Shown: positions 39,130 through 50,489 of the stretch, one piece after another
Layout: each line of letters opens with the position of its first letter
Numbering within the stretch: the first letter of the stretch is position 1
NCBI RefSeq assembly: GCF_004010195.1
Contig: NC_057720.1
Location: forward strand, 24,179,236-24,234,314
From: Chiloscyllium plagiosum
Taxonomy: Eukaryota
Direction of reading: 5' to 3'
DNA length: 55,079 bases
Program-made: the position numbers and the translations under genes
Notes under the pieces: generated by a model
The model's database searches: none
Told to the model about the DNA's origin: nothing
What the model saw: only the letters and a program-made list of their open reading frames with translations

Positions 39130-39385
39130 ACCGCAACAACTTAATGTTTATAAAGCATCATTAATGTAATAAAACATCCCAAGACATTTTATAAGAATGT
39201 CATAAAACAGATTATAACACAGAGCCACATAACATTAGACATAATCATCAAGAGCTTTGTCAGAATCAGGTTTTAAGAATGTCTTAGAGGAAAGTGAGAC
39301 AGAGAAATGTAGCGAGGATATTCCAGAGCTTCATGCCTAGACAGTTAAAGGCATCACCACCAATGGTGGAGCAATTAAAATTAGC
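39130..39385 (-). mobile_element. L2-like LINE 3' end remnant (further L2-like piece ~40690-41100)
   Basis: aacaactt..tgtttata.agca.c.ttaatgtaataaaacatcccaag...ggttttaagaatgtctta...ttccagagctt; recognised from memory of L2 tails. Confidence 0.5.
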
Positions 39386-40044
39386 AAGGACATTTTAACT
39401 TGCTTTCTGCTAGTTGGGTCTGATAAACAGTATCTGGATCAGTGGTGCTGGAAGAGCACAGCAATTCAGGCAGCATCCGACGAGCAGCAAAATAATTGAC
39501 CTTTACTCTAACTCCTCAGCCTTCTACATACAAATGCACACCACAATTATGAAATCAATTAGAATACACAGTTAAGTTTTATTAAGTCATTTGAAGAATT
39601 AGTTTCATTCAGTTCAGGGAACTTTGGCTCTGAATCAGAAACTCTATTTGAGATGCGCTACAGCATATAATCTGAACTAATACAGCATAAAGTTTGAGAG
39701 CAAGGACATCTTTTTGGAGAACATCTGCTTATTAGGTGTAATAGGAATAAATGATGCAATGCCACTTGTTTCATAAAACACAGTTAGCATTCATCCTTAA
39801 CAATACTATTGGGGAAAAAAAAGTCTCATCTTCATGATGTTAAATAACTGCTTTATTTGTCTGTGAGATAAGTTTAGCTACTCTTTCAGGCAATGTTGAC
39901 AATAAGATTATGAAGCATTTTGGATCATCCTTTGGTGCCAAAGATTATAAAGCTATACAAGTGCAAACTATTTATCTGGGGACAACCAAATTTGCAAATT
40001 GGAAAACTTTGCTCATTATTAAATTTTGGTTATAGTTTTAACTT

Positions 40045-40370
40045 GTTCCCAGGGTGAAGAATTCAATAACGAGAGGTCACGCTTTCAAGGTGAGAGGTGC
40101 AAAGTTTAAGGGGGATACACGCAGCAAGCACTTCACACAGCGGGTGATGGGCGTTTGGAACGTGTTGCTAGCAGAGATGGTAGAGTCAGGCATGGTAGAT
40201 TCATTTAAGATGTGTCTGGATAAATGCATGAGTGGGTGGGAAGTAGAGGGATACAGATGCTTAGGAATTAACCGACCGGCTTAGACAGTACATTTTGATC
40301 GGCTCAGGCTAGGGGGGGGGCAGGAGGGCCTGTTCCTGGGCTGTAAATTTTCTTAGTTCTCTTTGTTCTT
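40045..40370 (+). mobile_element. CR1/HER1 3'-end fragment ending ~90 bp before AGL coding exon 4
   Basis: TRGHAFKVRGAKFKGDTRSKHFTQRVMGVWN; tail similar to 5160-5200. Confidence 0.9.
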
Positions 40371-40458
40371 AGTTATAAAATTATATTACTGGCTGAAGTC
40401 CTGCATTAATTTATTTGAACAGAAATAAGCAATAACTTCTATTTGTTCTTTTTAATAG

Positions 40459-40662
40459 GCTATAATATGATACACTTTACTCCATTACAAACTCTTGGAA
40501 TGTCCAGATCATGCTATTCCTTAGCAGACCAGTTGGAACTAAACCCTGATTTTTCTCGGCCTGAAAAAATTCACACTTGGAATGATGTTGCGAGGTTAGT
40601 CGAGAAGTTGAAAAAGGAGTGGAACATGCTCTGCATAACAGATGTGGTCTACAACCATACAG
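40459..40662 (+). CDS. AGL: AGL coding exon 4: [35 protein letters not shown]...[15 protein letters not shown]
   Basis: Acceptor ttaatag (40458), donor GTACTA (40663); 204 nt. Contains GH13 conserved region I (DVVYNH). Confidence 0.98.
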
Positions 40663-42312
40663 GTACTAAATTAAGGAGAATTTCCAATATTATTATGATA
40701 GCCACACTTGTGTCAGGTTGAGGGAATGGTGAAGTCTGAAAATAACATGCATAAATGGGTTTTCAGCGGCAGCTGAGCTGAGATGGGGCAGATTGGTGGA
40801 ATTGCCAGGGTTAGTGTTGGCTTGAAGATGAAGTCACAAGCTCACCTTGGAATCAAATTTGGACACCCAAAGTTGTGACAGACTGATTCCATCTCTGACT
40901 TTTGCTTGGGAAAAAGAGAAGGAATTATTAGCGAGGGAATGGAGTCTGATGCAAGGACTGAAAGGATTGGTTGCAGTCTTCCCATTATTTAATTGGAGGA
41001 CATTTCTGCTCATGCAATACTGAATGTTAGAGGAAGTGGTAATTTAGTAACAGTGGAGCATTTTGAGAAAATAGCACTAAGGTAAAGCGGGATATCATCA
41101 GCACTGATTTATTATTTTGCAAGAGGACTGAGTTATAATTTGCATTTCTAAATTATTAATCATGGTTAACCAGAGATAGTTAAGTTCTTGATTGCCAAGG
41201 GGATCAAAGATTAAGGGGAGAAAGTGGAAAAATGGGGTTGAAAAACCTATCAGCCATGATCGAATAGCAGAACTGATCCAATGGACGGAATAGCCTAATT
41301 TCTGCTCCTGTGTCTTATGGCCTTAAGCCAGATAAAGGAACTGAGAATTGACAGTTCCGATGAAGAGTCATACTGGACTTGAAATAATAACTCTGTTTCT
41401 ATCTCTATAGATGCTGCCAGACCTGCTGAGTTTCTCCAATACTTTGTTTTTATTTCAGATTTAAACATTTAATTTTTTTGTATTGTACATCTATGGTTAT
41501 TGGAAAAAGTTGTCACTTGATGTCATTCTATCTTCTTATACTTTAAAGCATCATTTGTACGTCTGATCCATAGAAACTAACAATATTGCTGAAATAAGAC
41601 TTGTTTTGTCAAAGATTTTTATCTTGAGCTGATTATGCAAATTCAGCAAGAAATTTAAAAGTTAAACAACATTTATGCTGAGAGAGGAGAGTGTTGATTG
41701 GTTGGTAAGTGATAGGTCGAGGTGTTGCCATGGTGAATGCACTAGTTATTGATAACTGACAGCTGCCAAGCTTTGTTTAAAGTTTTAACCGGAAAGGTTG
41801 ATTGCTCAAGACATTGTTCTGATGAGTGCACGATAAAAGAACTTGACAAATACTTTTTTTTTCAACGATACTCAAATCCTGGATTTAAAAACCTACTATT
41901 TGAAGCTATTATTGGAAACCTTTTTATAATTTTTGGGGCGTAAACAAATCTTTTCCCTAAATAAAAATTTAAGTCTCATTGTATTTACAATTTAGATATT
42001 TCAAAATTAATTGTGAAGAGTTTTTTTTTGTACTAGTTCTGGTTATTAGATCTAGAATAAAGTTGCACTGCAAAAATCCAAAGTTTGTAGTTCATTGTAT
42101 TGCCTTCACACCTTCATTTGATAGCGTATACAGTCTGAAAGTAAGACTTGCATTTATTTGTTTATTTCATAACTTTAGGACAACATTAGGCATAAATTGT
42201 CTTGGGAAGTTCTATTGTTTTAATGAAGGAGACATATGAATATAACAAATATATCAATTAGGAGCAAGATTAGAAACATGGTTGACAATTTTCACTTGGC
42301 AAGATCTCCAGC

Positions 42313-42526
42313 AGCTGAAAATGTGTTGTTGGAAAAGCGCAGCAGGTCAGGCAGCATCCAAGAAACAGGAGAATCGACGTTTCGGGCATAAGCCCTTCTT
42401 CAGGAAGGGCTTATGCCCGAAACGTCGATTCTCCTGTTCCTTGGATGCTGCCTGACCTGCTGCGCTTTTCCAGCAACACATTTTCAGCTCTGATCTCCAG
42501 CATCTGCAGTCCTCACTTTCTCCTCG
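42313..42526. mobile_element. Young fold-back Penelope mini-insertion; TSD AAGATCTC(C/A)AGCAGCT; hammerhead core on - strand at ~42372-42406
   Basis: Arms ~42313-42398 and ~42404-42489 nearly identical in reverse complement; tail to 42526; direct repeat at 42301-42316 and 42527-42542 (1 mismatch, overlapping the arm end). Confidence 0.93.
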
Positions 42527-43387
42527 AAGATCTCAAGCAGCTTCTTGGAATTATGTCTGTCCATTGAAGAGTGAGTACATGTGAAAATACAATGTGCTCA
42601 AGTTTTGGACTGGGGCTTGAAACCATAATCTTCCAACTAAAGGTAAAAATTCTGCTACTGAGTCAGTGTGGAAATCACGTAGCTTGAGCAATAAATAAAT
42701 AAACAGTTGCTTCTTCAACCGGTTTATCTTGGAAATCTTTTTATCAACTGTTTTGTGATTCTATCCAATTGTTTTGTTACTTTAATGTGTTGCACAAGTA
42801 TACCCACTTACAAATTTCCACTAAATCCTGTTAAAGCTGCTTAATATCTGCAACTTAATTAAATTAACTGATTTAGTCTGTTTATACTGTCAGTCCAAGA
42901 GGTTGCTGCTTTTGATTAAGATGCATTCAATCAAAAATGATAAACAACATTATACACTTGAGACTGGTTGCTGAGTTAATTTAGGGTGAGTGGTCGTAAC
43001 GTCACTATTTTCTGAATTCTTTAAAACTAGTGAAACATTCAAAACCAATTCATCATAAGTGTACTAAAGGCGCTCTTGAACCTTGTATTTTCATAATCTG
43101 ATTTGAAATAGCCATGTGCAGGAGAGGGTTTAAAAATGTCAAAGGTGGAATGTCATCTATTTAAAGAGTAATTACTGATTAGCAGCAGTGTATACTGGGT
43201 GATGTTTGAGACTCAACATTCGTGATGACGAGCCTTATTTATTTTTGTAAAGGTCAGGGTGCTGAGCATTTGACACTGCCTTTGAAATGTCAAGTTAGAA
43301 CTGGCTACGCGATGAAGAATTAAGTTAGTTGTGCAATTAGGCAGTTTATTTTCAACTGAAATATTATTCTTCGTTCTAGTCCATAAT

Positions 43388-43475
43388 TACCTGATGAAGA
43401 AGCAGTTCTGTGAAAGCTAGTGCTACCAAATAAACCTGTTGGATTGTAACCTGGTGTTGTTATTTTTAACTTTGA
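43388..43475 (+). mobile_element. Solo Penelope family B terminal repeat with decayed hammerhead
   Basis: CTGATGAA...GAAAGCTAGTG..AATAAACCTGTTGGA matches the 13.7 kb and 49.1 kb copies; stem II is disrupted. Confidence 0.8.
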
Positions 43476-43704
43476 ACTCTATAGGAAGCATTTGTAGTTT
43501 GATATTTTGAGGAGTCTTATTCTTCACTTAATATATTAATCGTATATAGTAACCTTTAAGATAAGGGTTATGTAACATTAATGCACAGTACCAAGAGTTA
43601 CTGGCTTTTTAGTTCAATCTGTTAGCAGATTTATATTATTGTTTCTAATATGCTTAAGTATTACTGGGTAACAAAAGATTGATGCATTTTTGCCTTGGGT
43701 TCAT

Positions 43705-43990
43705 CGTGGGCATAAACTTAAGGGAAGGGTCAGAAGAATTAGAGCAGATGTGAGGAAACTTTTTTTCTCCCAGATGATGCTGGAAACCTGGGACTCACTT
43801 GCAAGGGTGGTAGAGGCAGAAAACCTTGTAACATTGAAGAAGGTGGACTGAAGGGTCTCCTCCTGTGCTGTATGACTCTATAAGTAATTATATATGCAAA
43901 CGCATACAAGGCTTTGGGCCAACTGCTGGAAAATTAGTTTAGAACAGTTACGTGGTTGTTTTTGACTGGTGCAGACATGATGGGTGGAAT
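43705..43990 (+). mobile_element. Decayed CR1 3'-end fragment(s)
   Basis: gggcataaacttaagg...gatgtgaggaaactttttt..cccaga...gggtggtagaggcaga. Confidence 0.65.
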
Positions 43991-45239
43991 GGCTATAGAT
44001 ATCTCTCTAACTCCTATTTGTGAATATACCAGTGTAAATGGGAGCCAACCTTTTATAGTGTTTGAGAAGCACCCTGATAGGTTGGAGAGTGAACTGTGGT
44101 TCGTAGAGGCATTGCTATGAAAAATGCACCACTGTCAAAACAGAGTCTGACACAGGATGTGATCCAACATCTGAATATTTCTGAACGTGCTAAGAATTAC
44201 ACTTAACAACCAGTTTAAAATTCAGTTGGGCTTGCCATGTAGGTTTGATATCGTGGAAGCTACATATATTAAGATAGAGGACCTTGAACTCTGTAGCCAG
44301 CCAGCGCATTTACATATTTAGCGCTGTTCACACTTAACAAAACAGACTGTAGCCATTACCTGGGGCGTTGCTCAGGACAGTGTTATGGCCAAGTCAATTT
44401 AATCTATCTGGTTTAGATATAAACAAAGCTTGGTAGTTAACCTGTTAGTTCTTATTTAACTAGTGCATTCTCCATGGCAAGCTTCTATTGATCAGAGTAG
44501 ATATTAATCAACACACTCTCATACATTTTGTTCTCCTTTACCTTGGTATTCTTTTCATGTCCTAAAGAGTAATCAGTGCAAAACAAAATAGCCCATAATG
44601 TTTGGCATCAATCTGCATCGTAAACTAGTCATCCAACCAACTGAGCTACTCTATATTTGCAGGGAAGTGTCTGTCCTATATTCAAATATTCCTCTCTTTC
44701 TACAACTAATGCATTTATTGACATAAAGTTTCTAAGTCCTGCATTAACTGTGCACCTCCTGTGAAAATTCCCCTGTAGAAGAGTCTGAGGTTATCATTAT
44801 CAGCTATCAGAAAACAGAATAGATATCAACCCATTTGCTTTTTTTTCCACAAAGAAGCTATTGGATTGTGAAGGTTCTGTAAAACAAAACTAATCATCCT
44901 AATTTTGGCATTCAAGGCAGCAATTCATTCCTTTCTGTAATTTTAGTGAGCTAAATACAAAGGAAAATAAATGTGGGCTCAAAATATTCCAAGAAGATTT
45001 AATGAAATAGGTTGAAATATCTCAAGTATGGAGAACAGGTTATGGTTAAATTGTTATTTGTAATTGGTGTATCTCATTTAATTTTGCAAAGGTTTTGCAA
45101 TATTTTGCTCTGAAATAGAACATAGCAGAGTTAGTGCATTATGAATGAAGGTCTAGCTGATGTCTACCTTTATACAACTATGTTTTATAAGGGATAGTGA
45201 ATGTTTGCTTCTAACTTTTTCTTCTCATTTGCTCACTAG

Positions 45240-45421
45240 CTGCCAACAGTGGCTGGCTGAAGAAACACCCAGAATGTTCCTACAACATCTTAAACTCCCC
45301 TCATCTGAAACCAGCCTGGCTTTTAGATCGAGCCTTGTGGCATTTTACTTGTGATGTGGCCAAAGGGAAATATCAGGATAGAGGATTGCCTGCTCGAATT
45401 GAAACTGGAGACCAACTTAAT
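45240..45421 (+). CDS. AGL: AGL coding exon 5: [61 protein letters not shown]
   Basis: Acceptor cactag (45239), donor GTAAGC (45422); 182 nt. [21 protein letters not shown] motif. Confidence 0.97.
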
Positions 45422-46099
45422 GTAAGCACAAGACAATTATACTCAAAGCATCCTTTTTTCCCTCAGAATATCTCTTCAGAAAGGTGTGAGCTGCAATACT
45501 AGGGGCGGGGAGAACTATAAAACGAAATGGATGCTGGAAGTCAACCAAGTCATTGACTTGGATTGCCCTCATTTATAGAAGGAGGGTGAGGACAGCAATT
45601 GGTGGGGAGACAAGCCTGGCCATTTTTTGTTATTAATGATACTCCTTAGCCTAAGAGTGCTATAACCTTTTAATATCCCAGTTATGGTTGAGATCAGCTA
45701 ACTCACTTTGTGTAAGTATTATTTGCATTTGTATACACGGGAAATTTCCTTGCCTGAAGAATTGTTATGAATGCCGCACTCAATCACATGAGTGCATAAG
45801 AACATAAGAAATAGAAGCAGGAATAGGCCATCTGACCCATTGAGCCTGCTCCGCAATGCAATAAGATCATGGCTGATCTTTTTGCAGACTGAGCTCTACT
45901 TACCTGCCTGCTCACCATAATCCTTGATTCATTTACTGTTCAAACATCTACCTACCTTTGCCTTATAAACATTCAACGATGTAGCCTCAATTGCTTAACT
46001 AGGCAGGGAATCCCACAATTCACAACCCTTTGAGTTGAGGAAGAATTCCTTCACCAGTCTTAAATCTGCTCCTCTTACTAAGCCCTCCAAGTTCTAGCC

Positions 46100-46135
46100 A
46101 TTCCTGATGAAGGGATTTTGCCCGAAACGTCGATT
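46100..46135 (+). ncRNA. Minimal hammerhead ribozyme motif in a Penelope repeat fragment (46098-46163, continued 46946-46980)
   Basis: ATTC-CTGATGA-A-GGG(ATTTTG)CCC-GAAA-CGTC-GATT. Confidence 0.75.
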
Positions 46136-46164
46136 TTCCTGCTCCTCGGATGCTGCCTGACCTA

Positions 46165-46945
46165 GTATATGGAACATAGAACAGTACAGCACAGAACAGG
46201 TCCTTCAGCCCACGATGTTGTGCCGATCATTGATCCTCATGTCAGGCAAACCTAATGTACGAACCCTCAAATTTCTGTGACCATATGCATGTCCAGCAGT
46301 CTTTTAAATATCCCCAATGACCTCACTTCCACAACTGCTGCTGGCAATGCATTCCATGCTCTCTCAACTCTCTGCGTAAAGAACCCGCCTCTGACATCCC
46401 CTCTATACTTTCCACCAAACAGCTTAAAATATGACCCCTTGTGTTAACAATTTCTGCCCAGGGAAAAGGTCTCTGGCTATCAACTCTATCTATGCCTCTC
46501 ATTATCTTGTGCACCTCAATTAGGTCCCCTCTCTTCCTTCTTTTTTCCAATGACAAAAGTCCGAACTCAGTCAACCTCTCTTTGTAAGATAAGCCCTCCA
46601 TTCCAGGTAACATCCTGGTAAACCTCCTCTGAACCCTCTCCAAAGCATCCACATCATTCCTATAATAGGGCGAGCAGAACTGGACACAGTATTCCAAGTG
46701 CGGTCTAACCAAAGTTTTATAGAGCTGCACGGCTCTTAAACTCAATCCCCCTGTTAATGAAAGTCAAAACACTATATGCTTTCTTAACAACCCCGTCCAC
46801 CTGGGTGGCAATTTTAAGGGATCTATGTACCTGCACACCAAGATCCCGCAGTTCCTCCACACTGCCAAGAATCCTGCCTTTAATCCTGTACTCAACTTTC
46901 AAGTTCGATCTTCCAAAATGCATCACTTCGCATTTATCCAGGTTG
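46165..46945 (-). mobile_element. Younger 5'-truncated CR1/HER1 LINE inserted into the Penelope repeat
   Basis: FNLDKCEVMHFGRSN...RDLGVQVHRSLK; LYKTLVRPHLEYCVQF; tail aacatagaac. Confidence 0.93.
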
Positions 46946-47904
46946 AACCTGCTGTGCTTTTCCAGCACCACTCTGACCTAAGCTGTAAGTTCTAGTTTCA
47001 CCCGCTAGGAACAACCCCCCTGCGTCTACTTTATCTATTCCCCATCATAATTTTATATATTTCTATAAGATCCCCACTCATTCTTCTAAATTCCAATGAG
47101 TACAGTCCCAGCCTACTCAATCTCTCTTCATAAGCCAACCCTTTCAATTCCGGTATCAATCTAGTGAATCTCCTCTGCACTCCTTCCAATGCAAGTAATG
47201 AGATTAAAATTGCACACTGTACTCCTGGTGTGACTTCATCAAAACCCGACACAGCTGCAGCATAACCTGCCTATTTTTAAACTCCCTTCCTCCAGCAATG
47301 AAGGACAATATTCCACTTGCCTCCTTAATTATCTGATGCTCCTGCAAACCAACCTTTTGTAGTTCATGCACAGGGATACCCAGGTCCCTCTACGCAGCAG
47401 CATGCTGCAATTTTTCACCATTTAAATAATAGAAAAGTACAGCACAGAACAGGCCCTTTGGCCCACGATGTTGTGCCGAGGTTTAATCCTAATGTAAAAT
47501 ATAATAACTTAACTCAACTCGCTGCTCTCCATGTGCCTGTTCAGCAGTCACTTAAGTGTCCTTAATGACTCTGCTTTCACCACCGACGCTGGCAAAGAAT
47601 CTACTTTGCTGTTATTCCTACCGAAATGGATGACCTCAAATGTACCAACATTGTACTTCATCTGCCAGAACCTTGCTAACTCATTTAACCTATGCATACT
47701 TTGCTCTATCACTCATTTTAATGTCATCTGCAAATTTTGACACACTACACTTGGTCCCCAATTCGAAAACATCTATGTAAATGATAATTCATTGCAGCCC
47801 CCAACACTGATCCTTGAGGCACACCACTAGCCACTGCCAACCAGAAAAACACCCATTTATGTCTACTCTTTGCTTTCTGTTACTTAACCAATTTTCTAAT
47901 CAAT

Positions 47905-48100
47905 TTTCTGCATCCTTATCTTATGCTGCACCCTCATTAGCACATGGCACAGATAGTAATCCAGAGATTACTACCTTTGTGGTCCTGGATTTCAATCTGG
48001 CTGTTAACTCCCAAAATTCAGCCTTCAGGACCTCATCCCTCTTCCTACCTATGTCATTGGTACCAATGTGTACCCCAGCCACTGGCTGGTTCTCCCCCCA
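47905..48100 (-). mobile_element. CR1 ORF1 esterase-domain fragment
   Basis: VHIGTNDIGRKRDEVLKAEFWELTARLKSRTTKVVISGLL (SGNH block GTND). Confidence 0.85.
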
Positions 48101-48333
48101 CAATGCCTTGCAGCAGAGTAGTTTTAGTAAATGACATTGATGCATTTAAGGTGAGGCAACATACATTTGTGAGCCGAGAGGGAACAGCAGCATGTTTGTG
48201 ATAGGTTGAGCCTTAAAGAAATGACAGGAGGTTCATGCAGTACACAGATGCTAGCAAGGGCAAGTTGGATTAAAAGTTCACAGAAACAAGTAAATCTGTG
48301 ATGGAAGATAACTATGTTTTATTCTTTTGACAG

Positions 48334-48445
48334 AATCTTCGCATAATCATGTGGGAGGACATCTTTCCTCAACTGCGGCTTTGGGAATTCTATCAAGTTA
48401 ATGTTGACAAATTTGTGTCTGACTTCCAGAATGCACTACAATATG
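48334..48445 (+). CDS. AGL: AGL coding exon 6: NLRIIMWEDIFPQLRLWEFYQVNVDKFVSDFQNALQY-G
   Basis: Acceptor tttgacag (48333), donor GTACAC (48446); 112 nt. WEDIFP.L.LWEF.QV motif. Confidence 0.95.
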
Positions 48446-48581
48446 GTACACTACTTTTGGCGCACAATTTTTCATTTTGAATTGCTTTTGAGATTGTTTG
48501 GCAGTCTTGATTTTCAGGTGCCTTATTACTGGTTTTCATTGTCACTAACACAATTATTAGATAATTCAGTCACATGACCTT

Positions 48582-48845
48582 TGTAATTGTTGAGGTATAG
48601 ACTATTTGGACTTGCATGGTGAACTAATTCCACAGAGGCTGGTATCCTGTCATCCTTTTCCTAAACGTGGAGAGTCCTTGACACTGATCCAGCTCCCTCA
48701 CATCCCATTCTCAGTGAACAGTATATCTGATATGCCTGTTCTAATCTGACATCCAGGGCTCCCTGATTGGACCGGATTAACAGTCCCAATCAAGGAACGT
48801 GTATTTTATGATGTCCAGCTGGCTGCCCTTGTTATAATCACTACA
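48582..48845. mobile_element. Possible solo-LTR-like repeat (TGTA...TACA ends)
   Basis: Starts tgtaattgt and ends atcactaca; internal inverted pair ccctgattgga/cccaatcaagga; no clear TSD. Confidence 0.3.
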
Positions 48846-48997
48846 CGTGGCAGTAGAATTTGAAGAATATGTCAATATCTTCAGTTATCAAATTTCCATC
48901 AAACTTAAAGCCACAATATACAAGGGAGTCTTAAATTCCTTAAATACCGTGGGATTTAAAAATGGCACAAGACAAAAGGCAAAAGTTAGCAATGATT

Positions 48998-49195
48998 CGG
49001 AGATGCCGGTGTTGGACTGGGGTGTACAAAGTTAAAAATCACACAACACCAGGTTATAGTCCAACAGGTTTAATTGGAAGCACACTATCTTTCGGAGCGA
49101 CGATCCTTCATCAGGTGATGAAGGAGCGTCGCTCCGAAAGCTAGTGTGCTTCCAATTAAACCTGTTGGACTATAACCTGATGTTGTGTGATTTTT
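48998..49195. mobile_element. Fold-back Penelope family B mini-insertion with hammerhead motifs; TSD AAAGTTAGCAA(T/C)GATT
   Basis: Arms ~49032-49112 and ~49116-49197, ~35-nt tail on the left; direct repeat at 48982-48997 and 49196-49211. Confidence 0.93.
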
Positions 49196-49740
49196 AAAGT
49201 TAGCAACGATTTCTTTTGTGCAAAATAGCTGTATCTCACAAACATGATTCAGCTTGGTGAGATGAATGGTATATTTTCATTGCATGCACAAAGCTCGGAT
49301 ATTTTAACCAAACAGTTGCTCCTTTCTTTTTACTGTATCTTGTAAATTAATTGTATTAATTCAGTGTTCATTATAATAGCATTCACTACATATTTCTCCA
49401 TAAAGTAGCTGCTCAACATAAACAGCCTTAATTATGGGACACCAGATTTGTTTGCAGGCATTCCTGAGCTCATTGATTTCAGTACTCCTACGTAGATGAG
49501 CATTTCTTTGTTGGCAATTTTGAAACTTTTTTTTCCTTGCAGCACCTTGCTTAGCCTGTTTGCAATGTCTCTCACATTCTCCTGACAGCTTCCCTCTCTC
49601 CTTTGCCCAGCCCCCTAGTGGCCTGTCTGCCTTCTCTCTCTTTCTCTGTCTATGTCTCTCTTTGCCTCTCCATCTCTGTGTCTCTTTCTGCCTCTGTTCC
49701 CCCACCTCTTTCTGCCTCCCTCTGCCTCTTTCTGCCTCCT

Positions 49741-49836
49741 CTCCCTGCCCCTCTCTCCCTCTCCCTGCCCCTCTCTCCCTCTCCCTGCCCCTCTCTCCCT
49801 CTCCCTGCCCCTCTCTCCCTCTCCCTGCCCCTCTCT
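49741..49836. repeat. 20-bp tandem repeat (CTCCCTGCCCCTCTCTCCCT) x ~4.8 within a ~250-bp pyrimidine tract
   Basis: Read directly; degenerate CT-rich flank from ~49590. Confidence 0.95.
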
Positions 49837-49926
49837 GAACTCCTCCAAGACCCAGTAGGATAGGTAGCTGCTGGATTTCGGCCCCCTCCTATGCTTAGTT
49901 GCCCCAGATTAGTTATGGTGCAGAAG

Positions 49927-50094
49927 GAGGGTTTAGATCAGAGTGGTGCTGGAAAAGCACAGCAGGCCAGGCAGCATCCAAGGAGCAGCTTGTAGAGAGA
50001 GGAGGAAAACTTCTTCAAGGCAGGCATCCTTGCAAGAGGATTCGCAGTAGGGTTAAAATCAACGAGGTAAAAACAATGACTGCAGATGCTGGAA
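49927..50094 (-). mobile_element. Rearranged Penelope family A repeat fragment; TSD ATGGTGCAGAAG
   Basis: Direct repeat at 49915-49926 and 50095-50106; internal segments match the 37.25-37.34 kb copy in swapped order. Confidence 0.8.
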
Positions 50095-50489
50095 ATGGTG
50101 CAGAAGAAGGCCATTCAACAACAGAGTCTGCATACCATACCAACCTTCTCACTATTGACACACACTTAACTAGCTGCTCAAGAGGAGAAATTATAGGTTG
50201 TTTCTCTTCCACATTTCCTCTGGACAAGTTCAAAGGTGAGTAGAATGTAGTTGGAGGAGCAAGTCCTCCTTACCTTCTGTTCACAGCGATGCAATTTCTC
50301 AGGCTTGCCCCATGGGCGAATAAAGTTCTGGGGAGAATTTGCCTGCTGCCCCCATGAATTTTGAATGCCGCAAAAATTATTTACCATGATGTATTGAGAA
50401 TATTTGCATTTTAAAAAGTTTGAGTTTTTTTTTAATCCTTGTGTTTCTAAGGCTAACAATTGTAGAAGTTTATTTTATTTCTATTTAAG

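Larger units (their letters stand above)
45795..47900 (-). mobile_element. Older CR1-type LINE interrupted by nested insertions (46098-46986; 47428-47595)
   Basis: ALEGVQRRFTRLIPELKGLAYEERLSRLGLYSLEFRRMSGDLIEIYKIM; tail (ATAAGAAC)n at 45796-45815. Confidence 0.88.

Noticed and set aside
49361..49863. Ser/Leu/Pro-rich and Arg/Glu/Gly-rich ORFs
   Set aside because: Translations of the CT-rich tandem repeat.
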